This document shows positions 34,866 through 44,054 of a stretch of DNA of 64,000 nucleotides, piece by piece. Source of the DNA: a virus (Duplodnaviria > Caudoviricetes); the IMG/VR virus record IMGVR_UViG_3300037312_000804, positions 206-64,205 of that record. The stretch is one strand, 5' to 3'. Both the position numbers and the translations under genes were made by a program. Every line of letters starts with the position of its first letter. The stretch's first letter is position 1. Under the pieces are notes generated by a model, which was not told where the DNA came from, ran no database searches, and saw nothing but the letters and a program-made list of their open reading frames with translations.

Positions 34866-35121
34866 TGGCCACCTCCACCAGATCGATCTGCCGCGGGTCT
34901 TTCTCGACCAGCACGTAGATGACGCCCTTGTCGCAGTCCTGCATGCCCGCGCGCACCGCGGCCGCGCTGGCGCGCTTGCAGACCTCGGACCACTGCCCGT
35001 CGAAGATGCAGCCCTTGCAGCGCTTGGCCGGCGCCGGCTGGTCGCGGTAGGCCATCGATTCCGGTTCCAGCGCCACCGGATCGCGCTTGCCGCGCCATTT
35101 CTCAAGGTTGACGTTTCTCAT
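34858..35121 (-). CDS. Cys-rich hypothetical protein
   Basis: RCKGCIFD...VC...CD. Confidence 0.65.
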   Translation of the reverse strand: MRNVNLEKWRGKRDPVALEPESMAYRDQPAPAKRCKGCIFDGQWSEVCKRASAAAVRAGMQDCDKGVIYVLVEKDPRQIDLVEVASG

Positions 35122-35124
35122 TGA

Positions 35125-35310
35125 TCACTCCTTCGGCGCCAGCCGGATCGCCAGCCGGAACAGCCATGCCGCCATGTGTCGGCGTGCATGGTGGACGTGC
35201 AGCGCTTCGTTGAACGACAGCTTGAGCATGCCAGGGTGATTCGGCGTCATGGCGATGTCGACCAGCAGTTCGATGCGTCGCTCGGCGGCGGTGAGTTCGC
35301 GTTCGATCAT
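35125..35310 (-). CDS. Hypothetical protein
   Basis: SD GGAGG; MIERELTAAERR. Confidence 0.6.
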   Translation of the reverse strand: MIERELTAAERRIELLVDIAMTPNHPGMLKLSFNEALHVHHARRHMAAWLFRLAIRLAPKE

Positions 35311-35963
35311 GGCGCCTCCCCGTTTTCCAGCACGGCCGGCAGCAACTCGGCGCTTGGCGTCATGTGGTTCAGCACCAGCGAGGCGATACGCGTGCCGCTC
35401 AGGTACACCATGCGGCATTTCTCCAGGTCGCCGATGGTGCGCGGCGGTACGTTGTAGGCAAGGCCCTGGCGCGCGTTCTGGGCCTGCGCCAGGCCGATCA
35501 TCACGGGTTGATAGTCCGGCGTCTCGGAACGCACCGAAAAGCCCCTGTAGCGCGTCTGGAACTCCTTGGCGACGAATACGAAATCGTCCTCGCTCGGGCA
35601 CGAGCACAACTTGACCCAGCCGCCCATGTCGTCGATCACGCGGTGGATCAGGGCGTCGTCGAACACCACGCTGGCGTATTGCCCCACCGACCGCACGGCC
35701 CGGTCGACCTTCGACCATGCCATCAGCGCGGCGTCGGTGCTGGTGCCGCCCAGCATCTTGACGACATCGGCCGGCTTGGGCATGAACTGGCCGCTGTCCG
35801 GGTTGACGGCGTACCGGCTCAGCGCCTGCGACACGGCCGGGAAATCGTAGTGGCGCAGCGCTTCCCACCACACGGCACCCGCGAACGTCGAAAAATCCTT
35901 GTTGTAAAACGCGTGAACGTCCGCCAGCAAGGTCAAAAACTCCTTTTTGTCACCAGCCCTCAT
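35307..35963 (-). CDS. Helicase-loader-like replication protein (DUF6475-type)
   Basis: F...L..V..FY...WW.AL..Y...V..AL...NPDSGQFMPKPADVV; follows initiator. Confidence 0.75.
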   Translation of the reverse strand: MRAGDKKEFLTLLADVHAFYNKDFSTFAGAVWWEALRHYDFPAVSQALSRYAVNPDSGQFMPKPADVVKMLGGTSTDAALMAWSKVDRAVRSVGQYASVVFDDALIHRVIDDMGGWVKLCSCPSEDDFVFVAKEFQTRYRGFSVRSETPDYQPVMIGLAQAQNARQGLAYNVPPRTIGDLEKCRMVYLSGTRIASLVLNHMTPSAELLPAVLENGEAP

Positions 35964-36760
35964 GGATTATCCCCAGTTTGTTCATCGGCCATCATTCGGT
36001 CCACCACGGCGCGGTTGCTCGCCTCCAGCGCCTCCTGCCGATTGACTCGGGCCGGGGCGACGCCTGCGGAAACGATACCTCCTTTTATTTCGAACAGCCC
36101 CTGCCAGCAATTCAACACCGATTGTTCCAGGACAGACTTTGGATCATGACCTTCGCCGCGCAGCTTTTCCAACCGCACAACGGCAAGATGGATCGCATCA
36201 TCGGTCAACGGTTTTTTGATTTTGTTTCTCATCGTTACGAATGCATGCCATGCGTCGATCGGCATCCATTCGGGGAAATCCTCGCGCGCCGCAGGCGCGT
36301 TATGGTTTTGATTTTCTTCTTCTCTTCTCTTCTCTTCTCTTCTCTTCTCTGGTCCGCTTTTTGTCCGCTTTTTGTCCGCTTTTTGTCCGCTTTCGTCGTC
36401 GACATTTTCCGGACTTTTCCGGCTGTCGCGCTTGCGCTTCTGGTCCTCTGCCCGCCTCTTGCCGGACTTGCCGTTATGCTCGTCGAAGTCAGGGAGGGAC
36501 AGGGTTTCTTGGCCATCGAACAGCAGCCATTCGACGGCGATCATGGCTGCCGAAAAGCCGGGCCATCCGATGATGTGGTCCATCGTGTCCGGTGTGTAGC
36601 CGGACAGTTTTCCGTCCGCCGAGTGCGTGTCGAACACACTCCATACCGCATGCAGTCCGCCGATTGCGCGAAATTTGTCCGACTTCGTTGCGGACAAAAT
36701 GCGGACAACTTTCGGATGCGTTTGCAGGTCGAGCCGCATTTTGATCCAGTCGCCAGCCAT
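35960..36760 (-). CDS. Phage replication initiator/replisome organiser
   Basis: MAGDWIKMRLDL..HPKV; EKRREEKRREE; C-terminal PEW...W.AFV.MR..IKKPLT...LEQSVLNCWQGLF. Confidence 0.88.
   Translation of the reverse strand: MAGDWIKMRLDLQTHPKVVRILSATKSDKFRAIGGLHAVWSVFDTHSADGKLSGYTPDTMDHIIGWPGFSAAMIAVEWLLFDGQETLSLPDFDEHNGKSGKRRAEDQKRKRDSRKSPENVDDESGQKADKKRTKSGPEKRREEKRREEENQNHNAPAAREDFPEWMPIDAWHAFVTMRNKIKKPLTDDAIHLAVVRLEKLRGEGHDPKSVLEQSVLNCWQGLFEIKGGIVSAGVAPARVNRQEALEASNRAVVDRMMADEQTGDNP
36317..36393. repeat. Putative replication origin: TTCTC pentamer run plus 4 x 11-bp tandem iterons GTCCGCTTTTT
   Basis: Units at 36352, 36363, 36374 and 36385 (last one partial), inside the initiator gene. Confidence 0.75.
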
Positions 36761-36761
36761 G

Positions 36762-37070
36762 TCACACCTCGGCGGTTTCCCGGCGCCTATTCATGAACCG
36801 GTTCAGCACATCGGCCCGCGACGGGCACAGCACCTCGGCGCGCAGGGCGCCGTTCGACGCCACCTCCAGCGCGATCGAGTATTCCAGGCTGATCGGCATG
36901 TGGCCGCGCGCCATGCGCGACAGAATCGATGCCTCGATGCCGCTGGCCTCGGCCGTGGCCTTCTGGCGCCCGATGCGGCTCTGGAAATACTCGTGCAGGA
37001 TCGCCTGCGCGGCGCGCTCGGCGGCCACCTGCTCGGGATGCGGTACATGATCGGCGCGTTTCTTCGGCAT
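36762..37070 (-). CDS. Cro/YdaS-like HTH regulator
   Basis: QKATAEASGIEASILSRMARGHMPIS...ALEVASNGALRAEVLCP. Confidence 0.8.
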   Translation of the reverse strand: MPKKRADHVPHPEQVAAERAAQAILHEYFQSRIGRQKATAEASGIEASILSRMARGHMPISLEYSIALEVASNGALRAEVLCPSRADVLNRFMNRRRETAEV

Positions 37071-37096
37071 AATTTCCTCCTGTTATTGGTACGTTG

Positions 37097-37125
37097 ATGA
37101 TAATGCTCTTGGTTTAAATGGTCAA
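37097..37125 (-). promoter_or_regulatory. sigma70 promoter for the cro-replication operon
   Basis: TTGACC-17 nt-TATCAT. Confidence 0.75.
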
Positions 37126-37157
37126 AGACTATTTAGAAATATCAATCGAATCGTGGT

Positions 37158-37180
37158 AAAAAAGCCCGCGCGCAGCGGGC
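37158..37180 (-). terminator. Intrinsic terminator
   Basis: GCCCGC-TGCGC-GCGGGC-TTTTTT. Confidence 0.75.
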
Positions 37181-37196
37181 CGGCTCGTGCACGTGA

Positions 37197-37646
37197 TCAG
37201 CGCATGGCATCACGCACCGGTTCCCAGCGCGCATAGGCGTTGTCCCATAGGGCAAACTTTTCCTCGCGCGTGAACTGGCCCGATTGGTCGATCGCATGGT
37301 GGCAGTACATGCAGCCGGGCACGGTGTACTTGTCGTGCGCCTTGATGCCGCGCCCCTTGCCGTGCCGCGCCTGGTTACTGTGACAGGGCACGACGGTGTC
37401 AACCGGGTGCGCCGGCACGCCCGGCACCAGCAGGTAGCACGGCTGGCCGCGGCACAGTTCCGCCTCGCCGGTCTTCGGGCGCGGGTCGCTGTTGGTCTTG
37501 CTGCGCGATCGCATCGGCGCGGCCGCGCGCGCCATCGGCTTCGTGCTCTTGAGCGTGCTGGCCCCGCGCGACATCGGCGTGCGCTTCATCTCCTTGCCGC
37601 CCTGCTTGAGCGGGGTGGAGCGCTTCAGCGGGCCGCCGCGCTTCAT
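37197..37646 (-). CDS. DUF1364-like Zn-binding nuclease-domain protein
   Basis: CRGQPCYL...VVPCHSN...GKG.GIKAHD...PGCMYCH..ID. Confidence 0.8.
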   Translation of the reverse strand: MKRGGPLKRSTPLKQGGKEMKRTPMSRGASTLKSTKPMARAAAPMRSRSKTNSDPRPKTGEAELCRGQPCYLLVPGVPAHPVDTVVPCHSNQARHGKGRGIKAHDKYTVPGCMYCHHAIDQSGQFTREEKFALWDNAYARWEPVRDAMR

Positions 37647-39286
37647 GTCCCGGTCCCGAATAGATCGCCCTGGTCTACCTGCAAACGCGGAGGGCGCGGC
37701 TTGCGGCGGGTTTTGATCGGCGACGCTGGAACATCGTCGACCGGCTCGGGCACAGGCGCGGTCGTCGCTGGCGCTGCGTGGTTCGCTTCGTGCGTGATCC
37801 TGGCGCGCGCAATCTCGACATATTCCGGTGTCATATCGATGCCGATGAACTGGAAGCCCTCGCGCATGCATGCCTTGCCGGTCGATCCACTTCCCATGAA
37901 CGGGTCGAGCACCACGCCGCCAGGCGGCGTCACGAGGCGCGCGAGGTAGGCCATGAGGTCGGTCGGCTTCACGGTCGGATGGTGGTTGCCGTTGCGCGCG
38001 CTCCAGTCCGCGTCCTCGCGCTCGCGCATGGTGGCGCCGGTACCGACAGCCGGTTCGTCACTGCTTGGCAATCCCTCGTTTCGATCAGCGCGGCTGGCCT
38101 TGGCGCAGTAGAAGAAACGCGCGGCGTTGCGGTCGGACTCGCGGCGCGGCATTGGATTACGCGTGACGTGCCGCAGCGCACCGTATGTGCTGTTTCCTTG
38201 ATCAGCGCCATCCGTACGCGCCGTAGCTTGTTGACCGATGGCGTCAGGGAACGCCGCGCGCACTTCGTCACTGCCGTCGTGGATGACGTTGGCGGGCCAG
38301 CGGCCGGCGGCGTGCGGCTGCGCGTTCGCCATCGCTACACCGTCGCCGTACACGCCGCCGTTGCCTCGCGCCGACTTTCCGCCGCCCGGGACGATTTCGC
38401 CAGGATTTACGCGGCAACCGTCAATGTTCAGCGCCCCCGTACCGTGCGCCAGGACGTTTACGGCCACGGTGCCGGCGAGCGGTTTGCGCGCGACACAAAT
38501 CGGCTCGTGCGCCGGCTTGAGGGCCGTGCCCCAGCCCGACCACTGGCGGGCGGCGTCGCTGTTTGCGGCCTTGATCTGGCGCTCTACTTCGACGCGCTCA
38601 CCCTGTCCGACGCCAACAATGCCGGATGGCTCATTCATACGTACATCGACGGCCAGCACCTCGGCGGTCTGCCATGCTTCGCCCGGCGTGCCTTTGCGGC
38701 CGTTCAGACGCCACACTTCCGCGTCCATGTCGTCGCCCAGCGACAGCAAGACTTTCAACTGCAGCCACTGCTCCCACTTTGGGCACTGGCAACGGTGTCG
38801 CAGGCGAGACAGCCACCAGCCACCCATATCTGAGGTGCCCATAGCGGCGTCAACGTCAGCCCGCGCGATGCCCGCGCGTTCAGCTGCGTCAGCCATGAAC
38901 GAGGTCACGCGCAGAATGTCGTCACGGTCGTCTCGGGACTTGTCGATCGCCTTGCTGACATCGAGCGACTTCGGGAAGCCGCTGCCGTAAATCCACATGA
39001 TCTGATCGCGAATCTCGAACCCCGCGTCTTCGATTGCGCACGTCATCCGGTGATACGTGCGCGAGCCCGAGAACGCCAGCAGATGGCCGCCTGGCTTCAG
39101 CACGCGCAGCGCCTCGCGCCACATCTCGATATTGTTCGCAATACCGCTGGCGTCCCAGCTCTTACCCATGAACCCTAGTTCATACGGCGGGTCGGTCACG
39201 ATCGCGTCGACACTACTGTCCGGCAAGTCGCGCATGACCTCGATGCAGTCGCCCATGTGCAGGGCAAATCGCTCTTCCGCTTTCAT
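37643..39286 (-). CDS. DNA N6-adenine/N4-cytosine methyltransferase (beta class) with internal insertion
   Basis: DAIVTDPPY catalytic motif; HPTVKP..LM.YL...VLDPFMGSGSTG SAM motif. Confidence 0.93.
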   Translation of the reverse strand: MKAEERFALHMGDCIEVMRDLPDSSVDAIVTDPPYELGFMGKSWDASGIANNIEMWREALRVLKPGGHLLAFSGSRTYHRMTCAIEDAGFEIRDQIMWIYGSGFPKSLDVSKAIDKSRDDRDDILRVTSFMADAAERAGIARADVDAAMGTSDMGGWWLSRLRHRCQCPKWEQWLQLKVLLSLGDDMDAEVWRLNGRKGTPGEAWQTAEVLAVDVRMNEPSGIVGVGQGERVEVERQIKAANSDAARQWSGWGTALKPAHEPICVARKPLAGTVAVNVLAHGTGALNIDGCRVNPGEIVPGGGKSARGNGGVYGDGVAMANAQPHAAGRWPANVIHDGSDEVRAAFPDAIGQQATARTDGADQGNSTYGALRHVTRNPMPRRESDRNAARFFYCAKASRADRNEGLPSSDEPAVGTGATMREREDADWSARNGNHHPTVKPTDLMAYLARLVTPPGGVVLDPFMGSGSTGKACMREGFQFIGIDMTPEYVEIARARITHEANHAAPATTAPVPEPVDDVPASPIKTRRKPRPPRLQVDQGDLFGTGT

Positions 39287-39504
39287 TCCGTTCCTTCATT
39301 CAGGTTGTGTTGCGCGCGCAGTTGCTCCACCATCCGGCGTCGCTCGTCCAGGTTCGATGCTGGCATGTACAGCACGCACATGATGTCGTTCCAGTCGGCG
39401 GGCCGCTCGAAGGCGCCGCACTGCGCGCGCCCTTGTGTCTTCATGCTGGCCGCCAGCGGGAATTCGCGGCAGCTTGCGCATGTCTTGGTGGTGGCGCGAG
39501 CCAT
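39283..39504 (-). CDS. Cys-rich hypothetical protein
   Basis: CASC...C..F...C. Confidence 0.6.
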   Translation of the reverse strand: MARATTKTCASCREFPLAASMKTQGRAQCGAFERPADWNDIMCVLYMPASNLDERRRMVEQLRAQHNLNEGTE

Positions 39505-39818
39505 CAGTTACCCCCGCGCTTCGCGCGGATAAGGGCAGCGCATTCTTTCGGGCCACTGACAGAATCATCGCCGTCGCCGAACCGCCAGTTGTAATGCCGG
39601 TCGTCGCAGATTTCTGCCGCCTCATCCAGCCCGCGGTCACGGCCATGCCGGTATATCAGCCACAGGTCGGCAATGCCCGCGCGCAGGCCGTGGCGCAGCG
39701 CCCAGATTTCCAGCCCGGCGCGCTCCCCGGCGATCGTGCAGTAGACGCAATCCATCTGCCCCTCGATGTCTTTCGACAGGCTGCCCGTGTCGTCGCAATG
39801 CGTGCAGTCCGGGGTCAT
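39504..39818 (-). CDS. Hypothetical protein (Zn-ribbon N-terminus)
   Basis: CTHCDDTG...CVYC; LDEAAEICD...ECAALIRA. Confidence 0.65.
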   Translation of the reverse strand: MTPDCTHCDDTGSLSKDIEGQMDCVYCTIAGERAGLEIWALRHGLRAGIADLWLIYRHGRDRGLDEAAEICDDRHYNWRFGDGDDSVSGPKECAALIRAKRGGN

Positions 39819-40057
39819 TTGACGGCCTCGGCTTTCTTCTTGCGGCGGCTCTTGGCCTTGTCGGCCTCGGTGATCACGCGATGCACGTTCATCACAGTCC
39901 GATAGCGCGCGCCGTCGAATTTCTCTTCGATCATGTAGTACAGCGTGCGCGACGTGATGCCAGCCTGCGCCGCCACGCGCTCCAGGTCCGACCGCGACAT
40001 CGTGCGCAATCGCTCGCGTACGAATTCCAAATGGTCCTGCTCGGTTGCTGCTGACAT
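39815..40057 (-). CDS. Cro-like HTH regulator
   Basis: SD AAGGAG; DLERVAAQAGITSRTLYYM. Confidence 0.75.
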   Translation of the reverse strand: MSAATEQDHLEFVRERLRTMSRSDLERVAAQAGITSRTLYYMIEEKFDGARYRTVMNVHRVITEADKAKSRRKKKAEAVK

Positions 40058-40120
40058 TGCAACTCCTTTCTTTTGAGTGAAGACTGAACTGTACCACGGC
40101 AGACACGCCACTTGGAAGTC

Positions 40121-40173
40121 ACTTTCAAAAAATTATGAAAGTTCTTGCGCAACTGGTTTCTGTTCGTTATGAT
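40121..40173 (+). promoter_or_regulatory. Palindromic operator plus sigma70 promoter of the recombination arm
   Basis: ACTTTCA-N8-TGAAAGT, then TTGCGC-17 nt-TATGAT. Confidence 0.72.
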
Positions 40174-40234
40174 GCAATCTCGTTGTACCGATCCACCCAC
40201 AGGCCGGGCATAGACTCCGGTAAAGGAAAAATTC

Positions 40235-41119
40235 ATGAACGACAATCGACCCGACGAGCGCGTCCACGACGTGCAGATCGAACCTAAGCTGGCGCCCCTG
40301 CCGGCCAAGCGCCAGCAGGCCAAACCGCTGGCCGTCATCCCCACCTCCCCCGCTGAAATGCTCGGCCTGGCTGTGCAGCAGGGCGCCAGCGTCGAGCAGC
40401 TGGACAAGCTTATCTCCCTGATGGAGCGAACGCGTGCCATCGATGCGCGGCAGGCGTACGTCAATGCGATGGTCGCATTCCGCAACCAGCAAATTACGGT
40501 GTCGACGAACCAGACAGGCGAAGTGCGCAAGGACGGCAAGCTGGCCTACAGCTACCGCTACGCCGATCTGGCCGCCATCAACGACAAGGTGACAGCGGGC
40601 CTCGCGCAAGTCGGCATCAGTCACAACTGGACCACGAAGCAGGAGAGCGGCATGATCCACGTCACCTGCACGTTGACGCACCAGATGGGGCACAGCGAGA
40701 GCACGACGCTGGCGGCCGGCGCGGACCAGTCGGGCGGCAAGAACAGCATCCAGGCGATCGGATCGACGGTCAGCTATCTGCGCCGTTATACCCTGCTGGC
40801 CATCACTGGCATCGCTGTCGAAGGTGAAGATGACGACGGCGCCGGCGTGACCGGCGATGAGCGCGCCGAAATGCGCCAGGCCGCACGCGACATGCGCCGC
40901 CCACCGCGCCCGGCAGATGTCGCCGCCCAGCGCCAGCAGGCGCCCAAGGAAGCTGAGCCCGCGCTGCTGGACGCCGCGCGCGACGCCGCCGATCAGGGCC
41001 GCGCTGCGTTCGAGACATTCTGGAAGTCGATCAACGGCCATAAGCGGACAATGCTCGGGGGGCTGCTGGATGAACTGCAGCGGCGATGCGATGCGGCCGA
41101 CAAGAAGGAGGGCCAATAA
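40235..41119 (+). CDS. erf: ERF-family ssDNA annealing protein
   Basis: Y.YADL..I...L..VGIS...V.C.L.H..GHSE...SGGKN.IQAIGST.SY.RRY.LLAI.GIA. Confidence 0.9.
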   Translation: MNDNRPDERVHDVQIEPKLAPLPAKRQQAKPLAVIPTSPAEMLGLAVQQGASVEQLDKLISLMERTRAIDARQAYVNAMVAFRNQQITVSTNQTGEVRKDGKLAYSYRYADLAAINDKVTAGLAQVGISHNWTTKQESGMIHVTCTLTHQMGHSESTTLAAGADQSGGKNSIQAIGSTVSYLRRYTLLAITGIAVEGEDDDGAGVTGDERAEMRQAARDMRRPPRPADVAAQRQQAPKEAEPALLDAARDAADQGRAAFETFWKSINGHKRTMLGGLLDELQRRCDAADKKEGQ

Positions 41120-41749
41120 ATGCCGCGCTTCCTGGATTGCGTGCAGGGGTCGGACGAGTGGCACACCTACCGCGCCGGCCACGCCACCGCCAGCCGCTTC
41201 GGCGACATCCTGGCCGGCAAGGGCGCACGCGAAGCGTACATGTGGGAACTGGTAGCCGAACGCCTGATCGGCGGCCCGATGCGCGACACGGGCGGCGTCG
41301 CCAAGGCATGGGGCACAGATGCCGAGGACATGGCGCGCCGCGCCTACATGGTCCGCACCGGGCGCATGGTCAAGCAGGTCGGCTTCGCCGTGCACGACAG
41401 GATTAAATGGTGCGGCGCCAGCAGCGACGGCCTGATCACGAGCGAGCGCGGCGGCATCGAGATCAAGTCGCCGTTCAACAGCGGCATCCACGTGCGCACG
41501 CTGGCCAGCGGCATGCCCGACATCCACGCCGCGCAGACGCAGGGAAACCTGTGGGTGCTCGACCTGGACTGGCTCGATTTCATTTCGTACGACCCGGCCA
41601 TGCCGGACCCGCTGGACCTGTACGTGCAGCGCATCGAGCGCCGCCAGAACGAAATCAAGTACCTGGAAGGCGAAGTAAAAAAATTCCTCGCCGAAGTGAA
41701 TGTCGCATATCTCGACCTGAAAAAATCCATCAACCCTGTCATCCACTGA
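41120..41749 (+). CDS. YqaJ/lambda-exonuclease-family protein
   Basis: QGSDEW...R.G..TAS...WG...E..AR..Y...GASSDG...GIEIKSP...Q.Q..LW. Confidence 0.9.
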   Translation: MPRFLDCVQGSDEWHTYRAGHATASRFGDILAGKGAREAYMWELVAERLIGGPMRDTGGVAKAWGTDAEDMARRAYMVRTGRMVKQVGFAVHDRIKWCGASSDGLITSERGGIEIKSPFNSGIHVRTLASGMPDIHAAQTQGNLWVLDLDWLDFISYDPAMPDPLDLYVQRIERRQNEIKYLEGEVKKFLAEVNVAYLDLKKSINPVIH

Positions 41750-41761
41750 AAGAGTCCTCAC

Positions 41762-43066
41762 ATGAACACGACCCAAGACAACAACACCATCGACGGCCAG
41801 ATCTCCGAAGTCAAGGCGCCCGACAATGCACTGGTGATCCTGAATCCGCAGCAGTTCGCCACCGAACTGTTCAAGCCTTTCGAAGACCAACTCGCCAGCG
41901 CGAAGCGCGCCGCCAGCCGCGTCAAGTACGACATCGCGACGAAGGACGGCATGGCGAAGGCGAAGGAACTGCGCGCTACGTTCGTGTCGATCCGGACCAC
42001 GGCCGACAAGGCGAAGACGGCCGCGAAGCGCCCCATCGACGAATCCGGGAAGCTGATCCTGGCGCACTTCAACAAGCTGGCCGAAGCGGCGAAGGCCGAG
42101 GAAGCGAAGCACGACCAGGCCATCAAGGACGAAGAGGCGCGCATCGAAGCCGAGAAGCAGGCCAAGATCGCCGCCGAGCGTGCACGCATCGAAGCGATCG
42201 AGCAGCGCATCGCGCACATCCGCAACATCCCGGCATCTCTGGTGTCGGCCGATTCGGCAACCGTGTCCGCCAAGCTGGAGGAACTGATCGCCAAGCGCCT
42301 CGAACCGGCCATGTACGACGAACACCTGGAAGATGCGATCAACGCGCTGAACGCCACGGTTGATGCGCTGCGCGGCCTGCACCAGCAGGCGCTGGCACGC
42401 GAGGAAGAAGCGCGCCGCGTCGCCGCCGAGCGCGCGGAACTGGAGCGCCTGCGCGCCGAGCAGGCCGAGCGCGAGAAAGCCGAGCGTGCAGCGGAAGCCG
42501 AGCGCCAGCGTCAGATGGCAGAGATGCGCGCGCTGCAGGAAGCCGCAGCCGCCGCGCTGGCCCGCCAGCAGGCGCAGATGGCTACCATCATGGAGATCCA
42601 AGGGCTGGCTGCGGCGCTTCAGGCGGCCGGCGAAGACCGCAACCCCGACGCGATCGAAGCCGCGATGAAGAAGGCCGTGACGTTCAACCCGGGCGACTTC
42701 GGCGCGATGACAGCGGTGGCCCGGATGGCGCGCGACGCCGTGATCCCGCTGCTGGAAAGCCTGATGGACGCGCTGCCCGTCCCGGCCGTGCCGGAACCGG
42801 AACCGGTGCAGTACGAGCCGACGCGGGAAGTCACGCGCATCATCGGCATCGACCTGTCGCCGGAAGGGGATGCGGTGCCCGAACCCATCGGCGCCGTCGT
42901 GCAGGAACCGATGCGCGTGGAGCCGGAACCGGCCGCAGGCCCGACCGACGACGACATCATCGAACTGATGATGAAGCAGTTCGGCATGTCGGCAAAGGAA
43001 GCACTGGACAGGCTGGCGCTGATCAACTACGCGGCCGCCTACGACAAGTTGGCCGAGCAGGCGTAA
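41762..43066 (+). CDS. Long coiled-coil protein
   Basis: YDIATKDGMAKAKELRA; Ala/Glu/Arg heptads. Confidence 0.75.
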   Translation: MNTTQDNNTIDGQISEVKAPDNALVILNPQQFATELFKPFEDQLASAKRAASRVKYDIATKDGMAKAKELRATFVSIRTTADKAKTAAKRPIDESGKLILAHFNKLAEAAKAEEAKHDQAIKDEEARIEAEKQAKIAAERARIEAIEQRIAHIRNIPASLVSADSATVSAKLEELIAKRLEPAMYDEHLEDAINALNATVDALRGLHQQALAREEEARRVAAERAELERLRAEQAEREKAERAAEAERQRQMAEMRALQEAAAAALARQQAQMATIMEIQGLAAALQAAGEDRNPDAIEAAMKKAVTFNPGDFGAMTAVARMARDAVIPLLESLMDALPVPAVPEPEPVQYEPTREVTRIIGIDLSPEGDAVPEPIGAVVQEPMRVEPEPAAGPTDDDIIELMMKQFGMSAKEALDRLALINYAAAYDKLAEQA

Positions 43067-43069
43067 CGC

Positions 43070-43396
43070 ATGCGCGCGCGCACCAGTCCACAGAACCGGC
43101 TGTTCCACGCGCTGGTGCGCGACGTGGCGAACGTGATCGTGCTGGCGCCCTGGCGCCGCGCGCTGGCGACGGAAGCGTGGAAGCGCTATTTCATCGCGCT
43201 GTACGTGCGCGAGGTACGCATCGAAGCCTACGGCGCCGGCGAGCCCGATCCGTTCCCGGTGCGGCCCGTGCCCTCGCGCAGCCTGGATAGCTGGCAGATG
43301 GCGGACCTGATCGAATGCACGTACGCATGGGGCGCGCATCACGGCATCGAGTGGTCCGAGAAAACGAAACGAATTGAAAAGGAAGGGCAGTCATGA
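43070..43396 (+). CDS. ninB: NinB/Orf-family recombination protein
   Basis: RT..QN.LFHA...EAWK..F...SR.L....ADLIE..YAWG...GIEWS. Confidence 0.8.
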   Translation: MRARTSPQNRLFHALVRDVANVIVLAPWRRALATEAWKRYFIALYVREVRIEAYGAGEPDPFPVRPVPSRSLDSWQMADLIECTYAWGAHHGIEWSEKTKRIEKEGQS

Positions 43397-43611
43397 CCTA
43401 TGTACGCGTGACCATCGATCTCGACGAGGTGATCGACGAACTGGATACTGACGATCTCGTGTCGGCGCTTGAAAAGAAAAGCGGGCGTAGCGCCCCCGAT
43501 CCTACCACTGGCCTGCATGAACTTTTCGTGGCATTGAAGCTCGGCCAGTCCGAACGCGCGCTGGAAATCGCGCGCCGCCACGTCAGCGATCAACTTGGCG
43601 TATGCCTGTAA
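43393..43611 (+). CDS. Hypothetical protein
   Basis: V.IDLDEVIDELDTDDLVSAL. Confidence 0.65.
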   Translation: MTYVRVTIDLDEVIDELDTDDLVSALEKKSGRSAPDPTTGLHELFVALKLGQSERALEIARRHVSDQLGVCL

Positions 43612-43625
43612 CAAGAGAGGAAATC

Positions 43626-44054
43626 ATGAAAGCGAATGAACTGGCCCGCCGCCTCGACGGCATGGACCTGGGCGACTTCCCATCCGAACTGAACAGCACG
43701 GCCGAGCGCGCAGGGCTGGTCGTCGTGATCGGGGTAGATAAACGAACTGTCGAATTTTTCGGTGCCATCCAGGACCAGATCGAGATCGAGGACGGCGGCA
43801 CGATCCACCTGGACGCCGACGGCATCCTGCCGGAAGCCGACGAGATCGAGCGCTACGAAGATGTGCAGCGGGCCTACTACGACCGCAAGCGCTTGTCGTT
43901 CCTGATCGATGCGGAATGGGGTATGCACGGCTTCCCGTGGTCGTTCACGACAGCGATTCCGCATCATCGTTTCGTGGTGCTGGGACACGATGGCGGGCGC
44001 TACTGCCGCGGCATCGTGTTCGACAAGTCCATGCTGGGCACAGGTGGCGCATGA
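43626..44054 (+). CDS. Conserved phage hypothetical protein
   Basis: SD GAGG; GLVVV.G...VEF.GAI...W...T.IPH..F.V...CRGIVF. Confidence 0.7.
   Translation: MKANELARRLDGMDLGDFPSELNSTAERAGLVVVIGVDKRTVEFFGAIQDQIEIEDGGTIHLDADGILPEADEIERYEDVQRAYYDRKRLSFLIDAEWGMHGFPWSFTTAIPHHRFVVLGHDGGRYCRGIVFDKSMLGTGGA

Noticed and set aside
40133-43342. 1069-aa minus-strand ORF
   Set aside because: Antisense shadow of ERF, exonuclease and the coiled-coil gene, which have clear motifs.
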